A stretch of DNA of 64,000 bases from Octopus vulgaris (Eukaryota). Both the position numbers and the translations under genes were made by a program. The stretch covers positions 85,684,001 through 85,748,000 of the forward strand of contig OX597817.1 in the NCBI GenBank assembly GCA_951406725.2, in the 5' to 3' direction. Below are positions 38,190 to 52,259 of the stretch, piece after piece. Position 1 is the first letter of the stretch, and every line of letters begins with the position of its first letter. Below the pieces are notes generated by a model. That model saw only the letters and a program-made list of their open reading frames with translations, made no database searches and was not told the DNA's origin.

Positions 38190-39178
38190 TATATACATCA
38201 TCATCATTTAATGTCTGTTGTCCATGCTGGCATGAGTTGGATAGTTTGACCAGGGCTGGTAAGTTGGAGAGCTGCACCAGTCTGATTTGGCATGGTTTCT
38301 ATTGCTGGATGCCCTTCCTAATGCCAACCACTCTGAGAGTGTAAAGGGTCCTTTTACAAGCCAGTGGCATGGGTGCAATTTGCATGACACCAGTATCTGC
38401 CATAACTGCAATTTTGCTTAGCTTGATGGATCTTCTCAGGCACAACATAATGCCAAAGGTCTCAGTCATTGCCTCCGTGAGGCCCAACACTTGAAATGAG
38501 CATATATACATATATGTATGTGTATGTATATATATGTATATATGTATAAATATATATATAAATATGTGTGTGTGTGTGTGTGTGTATGTGAGAGAGAGAG
38601 AGAACACAAAATTGGACAAAATTTGGTACTTATTCTCCATTGTTTACAGGCTTCTGTTTTCATATCTAATTACTCTGCAGAAAGTATTTTACAGTTTTTT
38701 AACTCTCATATAATATGCTAGCAGAGATACCTGGCATTGCTCAGGATTAAAATGGCATGGTTTGTGTGTATATATATATTACAGGTATATTGAAACAGGT
38801 GATACAAGAAAGTGTAGCATTGACAACAAAACATTTGTGGAGTAAATTTTAAAACTTTGCAGAAGCGACAATTTGAGTTTAGCACACCAATTTGGACAGA
38901 ATTATCATTTTTATAAGAATAGGTCGATCTGAATATGGTCGATCCGAACGTGATCAAAACTAGTACCCCCTGACTGGCTCCCATGCTGGTGGCACATAAA
39001 TAGCACCATCCAAACATGGTTGATGCCAGGTCTGCCTGACTGGCTCCTGTGCTGGTGGTACATAAAAAGCTCTATCTAGACATGGCCAATGCCAGTGCCC
39101 CCTGAGTGGAGGAGCTGCAGTCTGTTGTTCACAGTCTTTGTGTATGCATTTATATGAATGTGTATGTATGTGTATATA

Positions 39179-39211
<33 letters not shown>

Positions 39212-39229
39212 ACACATACATAAATATAT

Positions 39230-39293
<64 letters not shown>

Positions 39294-39296
39294 CTA

Positions 39297-39343
<47 letters not shown>

Positions 39344-39469
39344 TTGCATATGTATATTTGCACACTGATACATATGTTGAAGTATGTTTATATATGATTA
39401 CCCCTGTATATATTTACTGTGTGTAGATATATTTATATAAGTATATATATTTATATATATATATATATA

Positions 39470-40320
39470 TTGGGTAAACCCATAAATAATATGATTTTTT
39501 TATACTACTTTATTTTTTCAAAATTAAGATAAACAAAGTTCTTTTTTAATCTAAAATATACTCTCCATTTTCTAAAATACTCTTCCATCTATCTGGTAGA
39601 CTTGCAAGGCTCCTCTTCCAAAATTCACTTGTCTGTGATGAAAAATACTCCTCAGTACTGTTCTGACCTCATCTACAGAATTCATATTTTTTCTGACCAA
39701 ATGATTTTGAAGACTGCGGAATAAATGATAATCAGACGGGGCAATGTCAGGCAAATATGGTGGGTGGGACATCAATTCCCATTCCAACTGCTTCAGCTTT
39801 TGGACTGTCATCCTCACTGCATGTGGTCGAGCATTATCCCAATGGAAAAACACCTTTCGTCTTGAAACCAAAGATAGTCGTTTTTCTTCTAGCACTGACT
39901 TAATCCGTTCAAGCTACTGACAGTAGATCTCCTTTGTTATCATTTGGTTTGAGTTTAAAAGTTCATAGTGGACTAAACTTTTCATATCCCAGAAACAAAC
40001 AACAACACCTTATGTGGATGAAGACCTTCTTTAGCCTGGGGTGCCAGTGTTTCTCCTTTCCCTACCCACTGTCTTTAGTGTTTGACATTTTTATAGGGAA
40101 CCCATTTCTTATGACCAGTCACTTTTCAGTCCAAAAAAGGTTCATTTGTGAGACGTGACAACAAAGAAGAGCACACATTCACTCTCTGCATGCGATTAGA
40201 CTCAGGAATTTATGAGAAACCCATTGACCCAATTTGCTGACTTTTCTGATGGCATGCAGGTGCCAATGAATAGTTGAATGACCAAAGCCAAGCTCCCTAC
40301 TAATTCCTCACAGTTACGAT
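39470..40320 (-). mobile_element. Mariner family 2, 3' two-thirds
   Basis: TA|ttgggtaaacccataaataat TIR; HWDNARPH and YLPDIAPSDYHLF motifs; homologous to 49175-50047. Confidence 0.85.
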
Positions 40321-40324
40321 GGGA

Positions 40325-40660
40325 TTCTCCACAAGAAGTATACCCACACCCCCCGACACCATCAGTGTTCCATGCCCAGAAAATTTTACACCTATGTTCT
40401 TTGCCTGTGTGGAACCTAGCAGAACTTCCTCTCCACCTTACTTCTTGGATGCAGCACAAATCTATATGTCTCCATTCAAGCATCTCAACAATCTCACTAG
40501 ACCTACATTTCAGTGTGCCAACTTTAAGTGAACATTAAGTGTGTCAACTCTGAGAGTGTAAGAGGTGTGGGCCCGTGAGATCCTGGGATGGGGGACAGCA
40601 GTGTCATGTACCTGAAAAGAAAGCTCGCATTTGGCAGAACTCATAAACATACAATAGCCT
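40325..40660 (-). mobile_element. RTE-type LINE AP-endonuclease N-terminal fragment abutting the mariner
   Basis: VGTLK...EIVEMLEWRHIDLCCIQEVRWRG...KIFW...GVG. Confidence 0.75.
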
Positions 40661-40679
40661 TCAACCTGCATACACTACA

Positions 40680-40714
<35 letters not shown>

Positions 40715-43201
40715 TGTATGTATGTATGTATGTATGTATGTATGTATGTATGTATGTATGTATGTATGCATGCATGCATGTATGTGTGTGTGTGTATATG
40801 TATATGTGTGTGTGTATATATATATATACACACACACACACATACATATATATATATACATACACATATATAAACATAATCCTATAGAAATCACTTGGTT
40901 AAATAAATAAATGTTCAACTATGAAACCACCTGACTCTGTTTAAATACACACACACACACACACACAAAAGCAAATATATATATAGTTTGGTTATGTCAC
41001 TTGAAAGCCACTTTCCAAGCAGTTTTTGTATATGAACCAATTGTTAGCAATGTAGTTCATCATTTGGCCTATTTCTAATTTTAACATTTTTAAGGTTATT
41101 AGTTTTGACTGCAGAAAACATTTGTTTATAATTTAGTTGGATGTTTAAACTGCTTCTTTGAAACATTAACAAATATTTAAAAATATTCTCTTAAGCATAC
41201 ATAGCATAGTTAAAAAGTCATTTATGAATATGTGTTGCTGTTTTTTGTGACAGTCTCTAATTAGATTATTTCAAGTTTAAGAAAAAGAACAATAATAATA
41301 ATTGTCATTCTCAAATAGAAACTGCATTGTTGATAATTGTCATGTCATTTACATGTGATGCAAGTAGTGTTGTAACAGCTAAAACAAATACAAAAAATAT
41401 CCATGAAATAGAACTTATATAGGATAAAACACTCACAATCTAAACATGGTGTCCTTTGGTACAAACTCAATCATTTTGTTGCTCTTATTCTTTGCAATTC
41501 TTAGAGCTCTACATGTACCATAACAGCACTTTCTCTTTGTCAGCCTTTGTCCTTATCATCTTTACAATTGAAATCCTTAATTGCTATTGCCATGTCATGT
41601 CATCAGTACTGTTCAACATATTTGGATGAGTCCTTAGAAATATAAAACCCTTCTTAAATATTTCTTATTCATCTATAGGTTCATAATCTTTGATGACCTC
41701 AATTTATTTACTACAACCTTTAAGATGCAAAACCAATTCTCATATGTTAAATAAAATCTATGATAGCAATATATGACTCCAAAAACTCTATAACAGATAA
41801 TATTCCCTCTTCTATTCTTTAGAATTATTACATTATCTGATATTTCAGATTTGCCATTGTTTGGCTAGTGTATCTCAGAAACAGCCAATATCTCACATGG
41901 ATTCTAGGATTATTTATTGATGTAACTCTTATAGTGGATTCTAGGATTATTTATTGATGTAATTCTTACAGTTCTTTACTACCAAATGCTCATTCCAGAA
42001 TTCAAAATTTACTGTCTTTTGGAAAGATAAAAGTGAATGCATCAATATTTCTCCCATCTCATTTGCTTACTTACTAGCATCTTTACAATATGATCTAATA
42101 AATATCAAATATTGGTTGCCCAACCAAGTTGGAATTCACAAAGGAAAAAGAGACAAAGAGAAAAAGAGATGGTGAGGTGGAATAATGAAACCCAAGAGTG
42201 TTGAGTGAAAGTCCAGAAACTCTCATTGGAAATTTATTTTCTACAAAAAACAATGAAAGTGAATTACAGATCATCATCATCATTGTTGTTGTCATCATCA
42301 CTATCATTATCATCCCTTTAACATCCTATTTAGCATTTTAAGCCACACTTAACTATATATTCTATATGCAGAAGGCATCCCAAGGAAATTTTTGAATGTC
42401 ATTATTTTAAATTGCTTTTACATTGACTAATTTTTACACAACTTCAACTATATTTGCTCAAAGTCACTCTAAAATCTGGTAGTTATTGTTGAAGCAGCTT
42501 CACTGAGAAGGTCTAATAACACTGAAGCATGTCTGAAGTTATCACTTTGACTACCAAACATCACACTCATTCCTCATTGCCTCTATCTCCCATTCTCCAT
42601 TTCATTTTCAATCAAGTTCATTTTCAGAGTTTATTTCCCTTGTTCTTTCAGACAAAAGGTGTCATTATCTCTAATTATGTTTCTTTTTCTTTATTGTGAA
42701 TGGAATTTCAATTCACAGAAAAAAAAATTAGGGTTCATTACACTTAATGTTTTAGTCCACACTTAACTAAACTGACAACATAGTCATACTTTCAAATCTT
42801 ACTCCAGCTACTAAGCAGGGTCATACTCCAAATAAGGCACATAACTCTTTTGTGTCCTCCAACTTGACTGATAAAAAAGGATATCCTACACTTCCTTAAT
42901 CATTTAGCGACTATTTCTAGAAAGGATGGTGTACTAAAAAGAAAAACAATTATGCTAACAAAATGATCACCCCACTCTTGTTAACAGTGTAAAATGATGT
43001 GAAATAGTAATGTGTGTGTGTGTTATACACATTTCAAGGTACATTGGGGTTTAAGATTGCACTTTCCTTATCTCTGATTCAAAGTAACCATAAACCAACA
43101 CAGAAATCCATGTTGTTTTACATGTGTATAGGTACACATAAATCTACTCTATCCGGGGTATCTGTTTCTCTCTATGTATCTATTTCATTCACCCCTTCCT
43201 T

Positions 43202-43265
<64 letters not shown>

Positions 43266-43360
43266 ATATGTATATACATACATCTCTAATCTCTGTATGT
43301 ATTTCATTCCCCTCTCTCTCTCTCACATGCACACACTCACATATACACTATACATATCTT

Positions 43361-43563
43361 TTATCCTTTACTTGTTTCAGTCATTACACTGTGGCCATGC
43401 TGGGGCACTACCTTGAGGAATTTTAGTCAAATGAATCAATCCCAGTACTCATATTGGTACTTATATGTTGGTACTTATTCAATCGTCTCTTTTGCTAAGC
43501 TACTGAGTCACAGGGATGTAAACACACCAACAGCAGTTGTCAAACATTGGTAGGAAACAAAGA

Positions 43564-43599
<36 letters not shown>

Positions 43600-44140
43600 C
43601 AATGAGCTTCTTTCAGTTTCTGCTTGCCAAATTCACACAAGGCATTAGTTGGCCTGAGACTATAGAAGACACTTGCTCAAGGTGCCATGCAGCAGAACTG
43701 AACCCAGAATCATATTGTTGAGAAGCAAACTTCTTACCACACAGCTTTGCCTGTGCTTATAGCCATGCCTGGTATGTGTGTGTGTGTGTGGTAAGAAGCT
43801 TGCTTCCCAGCCACATGGTTCCAGGTTTAGTCCTGCTGCATGGCAGCTTGGGCAAGTGTCTTCTACTATAACCTCAGATCAAACAAAGCCTTGTGAGTGT
43901 ATTTGATAGATGGAAACAGAAAGAAGCCTGTCTTGTACATACATAGGTGTGTGTATGTGTGTGTGTTTGTCCCCCACTACTGCTTGACAACTGCTATTGG
44001 TGTGTTTATGTCCCTGTAACTTAGCTCTTTGGTAAAAGAGACCAATAGAATAAGTACCAGGCTTAAAAATAAATAATTACTGGGGTCGATTCATTCAACT
44101 AAAAATTCTTCAAAGTGGTGCCTCAGCATGGCTGCAGTCT
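43361..44140. mobile_element. Head-to-head CORE-type SINE pair (minus 43361-43765, plus 43785-44140)
   Basis: Two near full-length family copies in opposite orientation. Confidence 0.75.
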
Positions 44141-44257
44141 ATTAACATATTAACCAATTACACAACAAACACTATGAAAGTGAATGTGCTTTACCAGTAA
44201 GCTACCAGGTATATACCATATGGTTTATCATTTGATATATATATATATATATATATA

Positions 44258-44342
<85 letters not shown>

Positions 44343-44594
44343 TCTGTGTGTGTATACACATATATATATATATATATATATATATGACAGACTTATTTCA
44401 GTTTCCATCGACCAAATCCACTCACAAGGCTTTCGTCAGCCCAAGGCTATAGTAGAAAACACTTGCTAAAGGTGGGACTAAACTCAGAACCATGTGGTTG
44501 GGAAGCAAACTTCTTACTACACAGCCATACATGCCTATATACACACACACACACACTTCTTACCCTCCCTTTCTATCTCTCTCTTTCTCTCTCT

Positions 44595-44632
<38 letters not shown>

Positions 44633-44809
44633 GCTGTATGTGCACCTAAATAAAACACATATATTGATATTCTCTTTCTGTCAGTTTATTTCCATTTACT
44701 CATTTTTTTTATAGATGGAAAGATTTTCTTTTTAAAATGAATCAAGTGATGTCTGTGCATAATTACCACCAAAGTTCATTATAATTAGATTTATGTGAAT
44801 ATGTTTCAG

Positions 44810-44965
44810 GATGTTTCCAAGAAAATAAATGCCATGTTTCTATACGAAAATAAAAATGATGTCAAAATAACAACTATATTATTCATAATCAGTAGTGTCA
44901 TTTCTGCCATTAGCACTACAGCTCTTGTAATGTTTCTGAAAATAAACACCATGTCATCGTGTTAG
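44810..44965 (+). CDS. Possible terminal exon with a C-terminal hydrophobic helix: DVSKKINAMFLYENKNDVKITTILFIISSVISAISTTALVMFLKINTMSSC*
   Basis: Acceptor atgtttcAG|G; phase 0, matching the 32774 donor; 51 open codons; several AATAAA at ~44995-45020. Confidence 0.35.
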   Translation, partial: DVSKKINAMFLYENKNDVKITTILFIISSVISAISTTALVMFLKINTMSSC

Positions 44966-45439
44966 TTGATAAGTCTAATAATTACATTCTATAAAATAAA
45001 TAAATGAATAAATAAATAAAAAGCTACAAAAATGTAATTCTGTACCATTTTTAATGTTTCTGTGAGGACTTGAAATTTGGTAACACATGTCACATTATAT
45101 ATTCCTCATCATAACGCCCCAGTTCTTCCTTAAAATATATCTTTAACTCAAAGCCATTTTTATGATCCATTAAATTTCAAAATGTGCCTGAAATTCTAAA
45201 TTATAAATACACTAGTCCTTTCTTTCTTCTTTTCTTTTATTCTTTCTTTCTTTTTAATTTTAGTAAAGAAATTTCCTCTTGAATTTACAGACAATTTATT
45301 ACTGTATAGCCCTATTTCAGATTCCTAATTTCATTCATTATGAAATTTTCATAGAAAAATATATTCTCAAACATAGAAAATCAGTTATTGTAACTAATTT
45401 CTCCTGGTACAATGAACTTCCTCCTATTTATTCACCAAT

Positions 45440-46830
45440 AGGCATGGCTGTGTGGCAAGAAGTTTGCTTCCCAACCACATGGTTCTGGGTTCAGAACCAT
45501 GTGGTTCTGATGCCACTGCATGGCATCTTGGGCAAGTGTCTTTTACTATAGCCACAAGCTGACCAAAGCCTTGTGAGTGGATTTGGTAAACAGAAACTGA
45601 AAGAAACCCATCATATATATATGTATATATTTGTGTGTGTGTGCATCTGTCTTTGTACCTCACAAGTGATACTGGTGTGTTTAGGTCCCTGTAACTTAGC
45701 AGTTCAGCAAAAGGGAATGATAGAATAAGTACTAGGCTTACAAAGAATAAGTCCTAAGGTCAATTTCTTTGACTAAAACCTTTTAAAGCAGTGCTCCAGC
45801 ATGACCGCAGTCAAATAACTGAAAGAAGTAAAAGAATAGCAGAAGAATTATATTCTTTCACTGGTTCTTGTTTTTATTTTATTTTTCCATATCTCTGTTT
45901 ATAAAACGTCTTATGGGCTTTTGTTTTATATATTGCTACATATACACACATGGAATGGCTGTAAATAGCTATGAAAGGACGTTGCCAAGTAAATATGTGG
46001 AACTTATGTTAGTAGGGTAAAACAGCTGTTACATGATGTTGGAAGCTGAATAAAGAGAAGAGGCAATAGCAACAGGGATCTCTACAAGTGTTAAGAGTCA
46101 TGCCTTTTGTATATAATTTAGCCATTTCTAAAGTCAAGTTACGATGTTTACATTGAAATAAACTTGATCATGTAAAAAATTTATATCTGGTTGATGCTGG
46201 CCAACTTGTATGCAGATGTTTACAGCCTATATATTTAACTAAAATAGTGAAAGACTATAGAATTTATGAAGAATATGATTACATACCCACTAAGTATTCC
46301 ACTTTATAAATATGTTAGGGTTTCATGTATGTTACATAAGTTGAAAGCTGTTAATCAAGTAAGAATATCCAAGCAATTAGCAGGTAAAAATTTGAATATA
46401 AGCACAAGCGTGGCTGTGTGGTAAGAAGCTTGCTTCCCAACCACATGGCTCCAGATTCTGTCCCACTGCATAGCACCTTGGGCAAGTGTCTTCTACTATA
46501 GCCTCAGGCCAACCAAAGCTTTGTGAGTGGATATGGTAGACGAAAACTGAAAGAAGCTTGTCATAGATATATATATATATATATGTCTGTATCTATGTGT
46601 GTGTGTGTCTTTGTGTCTGTGTTTGTTGTTATCCCCCCACCCATCACTGTTTGACAACTGATATTGATGTGTTTACATCCCTGTAATTTAGCAGTTCACA
46701 AAAGAGACTGATAGAATAAGCACTAGGTTTAAAAAATAAGTCCTAGGGCTAATTTGTTCAACTAAAACCTTTCGAGGTGGTGGTCCAGCATGGCCACAGT
46801 CAAATGACTGAAACAAGTAAAAGAAAAAGA
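45440..46830 (+). mobile_element. Two CORE-type SINE copies (45440-45840, 46400-46830)
   Basis: Full head, CORE-like box and tail in each copy. Confidence 0.75.
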
Positions 46831-46904
46831 ATGTGTAAGGTGGCTGTTCCACATCTAAAAACAAGATACAAAGTAGATAACTCTAATCAAATCAACTGAT
46901 TCAA

Positions 46905-47985
46905 GTTCATGGACAGTATCAACTGATACTGTAAATTACAATGGATTTGTGTTTTAACAACTCATGGAAGTAACAGACATGTTCTATTGGAGACATTTTT
47001 AAATATGTACATTACAGTAGATTGGGTCTTTAAAGACAATTAGTGGAAAAAATACACTCAATTGGTTTTGGACAGTATCAACTTTGTAGATTGCGGTGAA
47101 TTTTGTTTTAAAGCCAACATGTTTTACTTTGGACACTGTTAACAATGGATACAAGAGGACTTGGTTTTAGAGCAAACTATTCGAAGTAATGGACATGTTT
47201 GGTTTTGGACAATATCAGCAATATAGATTACAGTGAAATGATGTTTAAAGCCAATAGATGGAAAAATATGTTTGTTTGCATGCTTGGTTGTTTTTCTTGG
47301 GTGGGTAGGTGGGTGACAACATCAACAATGTAGATATTAGCAATCTTCATCTTACAAAACAAATGGTGGAAGTAACAGATGTGTTTTGTTTTGGATAATG
47401 TTTTGCTTTTGATGATGTAGGTTACAGTGATTTTCATCTTTAAAGACAACTAGTAGAAGTAATACATATCTGGTATACATTACATACAATTACATGCATT
47501 GCATACAGATAATTTTGACCATGTAGATTACAGTGCCTTTGGTCTTTATAGACAACTGGTTGAACTACTGGACATGTTTTGACTTGGACAAAGTTGATAA
47601 TGTATAATGTGGTGGGTTTGGTCTTTAAAGCCAATGAGTAGAGTAGAAGTAATAGATATATGTATGGTTTTGGACAATGTTGACAATGTAGATGATATAG
47701 AATTTGGTCTTTAAAGTCAACTACTGAAAGTAACAGGCATGTTTTATTTTCAACAATGTAGGATACAGTAGATTTGGTCTTTAAAGAGATCAGTTTGAAG
47801 TACTGGACATGTTTTGTTTTGGACAATCTTGAAAATATAAATAACAGCTATTTTGGTCTTTCAAGCCAAACAGCAGAAATACTGAACATGTTTTGTTTTA
47901 GACAATATTGACAATGTAGATTACATTTGATTTAGTCTTTAAATCCAACTGGTGGAATTAATGGATATGATTTATTTTGGATAAA
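46905..47985. repeat. Old degenerate 79-bp tandem repeat (~12-13 copies)
   Basis: Unit approximately ggacatgttttgttttggacaatgttgacaatgtagattacagtggatttggtctttaaagccaactggtggaagtaat; starts at 47805, 47884 and 47963. Confidence 0.8.
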
Positions 47986-48687
47986 TGTATGTCTGTTGCA
48001 AATATACAAATGAGAAATTTGTTTTATTTAATTATATTTTAAGGTAATAAATATTTTTCTTTTCAAAATTGGTATTCATTTCATGATTTTGTATAAGCAC
48101 CAAGAAATTTGGTAAAAGTTAATTGATAATTATTGTATGTATGCTATATTTTCCAATGTTACCTACGGTAGCAAAATATACTTCCAAAGTTACCCAGTAT
48201 ATGACAGGTAACACTCTAGTTAATATATAAGGTTAGAGATATTTTACTTGATCATTCCATAGTCATCATTATAGTGAAAAATCAATTATAAAAATGTTAG
48301 CCAGTCTATTTATTAATCCAATTAGTCTCAAAATGATTATCTTTGTAGCTGATCACATCACTGTGTATATTGTATATATGCAATGTTGTTAGTATAGTAT
48401 TAATAATATGTATATAAGATGAATACATATGAATATGTCTATTTATGTATTTTCATTGTTTTAAATAGATACAATTTAACTCTTTTACTTGACTCAGTCT
48501 TTGGACTGTGGCCTTGCTGATGCTCTGCCTTCAAGGATTAATTAAGCAAATCGACCACTTGTACAAATTTTTAAAGTCTGGTACTTATTCTATTGAACTA
48601 TTTTTGCCTAACCACTAAGTTATGGGAATATGAGCATTGATTGTCAAACAGTGTAAGAACAAACACATACACACATCTACATATATG

Positions 48688-48748
<61 letters not shown>

Positions 48749-49174
48749 TACTAGCTAGTGTACCTGGTAATCCCTGAAGGTAAAGATGTTCTATTGAAAC
48801 ACCTTATTACTCTGATATAAGAAAGCAATTTCATTATAACTGCCACAAAAGGTGCATTTTCCTTCACCAAAAAGTACAAAAACTGTCAGCGGAGGGAGAG
48901 ATTGTTGGAGTTTGGTGAGAGAGGTTTTCGGAGGTTGGCGAGAGAGATTGTTGGAGGTCGGTGAAAGAGGTTGGCGGGAGGCAAAGACATTAGTCTGCTT
49001 AGCGAAGACATCTGAAAAATGTATAACTGCTGTCATTCACAGAAAAACTATTGTTTTACCATGAGAAAAGCGCTGTTGAAGTGTTAAATGAAATTTGACA
49101 ATCAAGGATCGAATCCATGCTATGCCTGCATGAAGCCACAACAAATACGTTGTGGAATAAAAAATTAAAACCAA

Positions 49175-50047
49175 AAATGGTCGTTTTTCTTCTAGCACTG
49201 ACTTAAGCTGCTCAAGCTGCTCACAGTAGATCACTTTTGTTATCATTTGGTTTGAGTTTAAAATTTCAAAGTGGACTAAACCTTTCATATCCCAGAAACA
49301 AGTAACAACACCTTACATGGGTGAAGACCTTCTTTAGCCTGGGGTTCCAGTGTTTCTCCTTTCCCTACCCACTGTCTTTCATGCTTGACATTTTTATAGA
49401 GAACCCATTTCACATCAGCAGTCACTATTTGGTCCAAAAAAAGGCTCATTTGTGAGACGTGACAGCAAAGAAGAGCACACATTCACTCTCTGCATGCAAT
49501 TAAACTCAGAAAGTTTGCGAGGAACCCATTGACCCAATTTGCTGACTTTTCTGACAGCACGCAGGTGTTGATGAATTATTGAATGACCAAATCCAAGCTT
49601 CTCTGCTAGTTCCTCAACAGTTACACTGGGATTTTGTTCCACCAGAGTTTGCAGGATGTCCTCATCAAGCTCTACAGATCTTCCAGGATGAGGCTCATCT
49701 TCTAGACTGTAGTTTCCGGCTTGGAATTTCTGAAACCACCGTTGATAGTGGCTTACACTTATTGTCCAATCCCCAAATACTGCATTAATATTCCTTGCAC
49801 TTTCCATTGCTTTATTGAACCCATAAAGCAAAATATGTCAAATATACTCTTTGTCATTTCCATTATAGCTTTGAAAAAATAACTGCTAAAATCGAACTGC
49901 ACTCTTCAAAACTTGCACTAAATATAAGTAAAAGGGAAAATTACTACCTGTTTTTATAGTAAGTTGATGCAGGTAGTTTGTCCCATCCCCTTCCAACTTT
50001 TAGTTCATGCAATTGAAAAAAAACACATTATTTATGGGATGACCCAA
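49175..50047 (-). mobile_element. Mariner family 2, 5' two-thirds
   Basis: TIR attatttatgggatgacccaa|TA; HTH region RWFQKFQAGNYSLEDEPHPGRS, GQWVPRKL and IVTADVKWVLY. Confidence 0.85.
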
Positions 50048-50125
50048 TATATATATACATATATTCATGCACATACATTCATATACACATATATAAATAT
50101 ATACGTATGTGTGTGTATACATATG

Positions 50126-50205
<80 letters not shown>

Positions 50206-51334
50206 AACACATGTATATTATGCATGTATGTAAATATATATATTTGTTTGTGTGTTGTGTGTGTGTGTGCGTGTGTGTGTAGTTATCTTTATCTTAAGGC
50301 AATTAAGTGTTCCCTAATGATCCATTGTGGTTGAACATCTAAGTGCACTTACAATACCTATTGCAGGGCTCCAAACAACTATAACAGTTAAACACAAATA
50401 GGAACTATAATATAAACTTGTGTTTATCCTTAGTTCTCTTATGTATGTATGTATGTATGTATGCATGTATGTATGTATGTATGTATGTATGTATGTATGT
50501 ATGTATGTATGTATGTATGTATGTGTGTATGTATGTGTGTATGTATGTGTGTATGAATGTATGCAAAACAAGCCTCCACAGTCTTCACCTACCATACTCA
50601 TTCAAAACGCAATGTTAGACTAGGACTATTTACAGAAGACCCTTGCCCATGTGATTGTAAAGTAACTACTTTAACCACACAACCCTACTGACACCAATAT
50701 TATTTTTAATAAAATACCATCCTCCTTATCACTAGCAAACTTAAAGGTAATTGATTACAAATAAGCCAAGAAGAAAAAATTAATTAATCACAATATATTA
50801 GAGTAGACTGAAATAAATAGAGATCCCAGGAATCTCCCCAATTCATTAAGTGATAATTATAAATAACAGCTGCATATTCAGGAAGAGTTGCGGATGATGA
50901 TACAGCTGTTTCTTGTCTGGAAGAAAAAATCAAACAAATTGTGCTTGTTCCAAATAATGCTTAATTACTTAGAAGAGTTGTATTTTTTTAATTAATCTTG
51001 TATTTAACATTACTTTGATAAATTTTATAAGCAACTCTGAAACAAGTGAAGTAAAATGATTATCAGTATATTATTATTATTATGATCATTATTATTATTA
51101 AGGTGGCAAGCTGACAGAATCATCAGCATGCTGGATGAAATGCTTAGCAGTATTTTGCCCATCGCTCCATTCTGAGTTCAAATTCCACCGAGGTTGGCTT
51201 TGCCTTTCATTCTTTTGGGGCCAATAAATTAAGAACCAGTGAAGCACTAGGATCGATGTAGGATCTCCCACCAAATTTGAGACCTTGTGCCTCCAGTAGA
51301 AAGGATTATTGTTGTTGTTGTTGTCAATATTGTT

Positions 51335-52165
51335 TTCTTTTTATCACAGATTTTGTTGGAGCTTATGGAGTCTTGCATGTATAGTAGACTTACTATCTGC
51401 AGCCTACAGTACCATGCTATTCATTCTTTTCAGCTATCTAATACTTACCTGATTATTCAGGCCATGCCAAGGAGGCAAACCTTTTGTAACAGTTCTACAA
51501 GGCACTCTATTCCAATTTCCTTTATATTCCTCTTGATGCCTTTTGATACTGTTCCCTTGGACTCAACAATAATTGGCACTATCTTCACCTTCTTCATTTT
51601 CCATAGCCAGGCTATTTCATACTTAAGAGGGTTGTATCTATCTATCTCTTCACTTTCCTTCTTGACTATTCGTAGGTCAAAGGGGCATGCAACATCAACT
51701 TTATAGCATTTGAAGTGCACCTTGTCCACCACCACTAGATCCAGTCTTGTTATGCTCTAGCACCTGATCTGTTTGGATCGGGAAATCCCAGAGGATTTTG
51801 CTAATCTCTGACTCTTCCGCTCTCTACGGTTTGTGCTCACACCACGTCTTGTCTCTATTTAGCCCCCCACTTTTTGCATAGTTTCCAGTGAAGCACTTTC
51901 ACTACATGGTCATGTTACCACAACTTGTAGTGGTTTGGGGCAAGTCTAGGGCATTCCTTTGTGATATGGGCAATGGCTTCATCCATTCTATTGCAGATGT
52001 GACACAGCGCAGATACTTGCTCATTCTTCAGGTTGATCCTCCAGTTCATGGCCAGCGCTTGGTCCTGCACTGCCAGTATAGTGCTCTCAGTCTCTTTTTT
52101 TAAGGTTCCTTTCATCAACCAATCCCAATTATTTTTTCCAGCAGTTTCTGTTATGGCTACATGGA
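51335..52165 (-). mobile_element. 3' part of an R4/Dong-like RLE non-LTR retrotransposon
   Basis: ETESTILAVQDQAL; CHIC...HITKEC (CCHC knuckle); ILWDFPIQTD; VDVACPFD...KYEIAWLW...LQKVCLLG; flanked by trinucleotide repeats. Confidence 0.8.
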
Positions 52166-52185
52166 TATCATCATCATCATCATCA

Positions 52186-52241
<56 letters not shown>

Positions 52242-52259
52242 TTTATTTTTATTATTATT

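Noticed and set aside
41898-41972. 38-bp direct duplication; also a dispersed ~90-bp duplicate at 34035/34700 and a small hairpin at 30227-30280
   Set aside because: Real but ordinary local duplications with no further signal.
50895-50915. GAAACAGCTGTA on the minus strand
   Set aside because: No CTGANGA partner or stem I found nearby.
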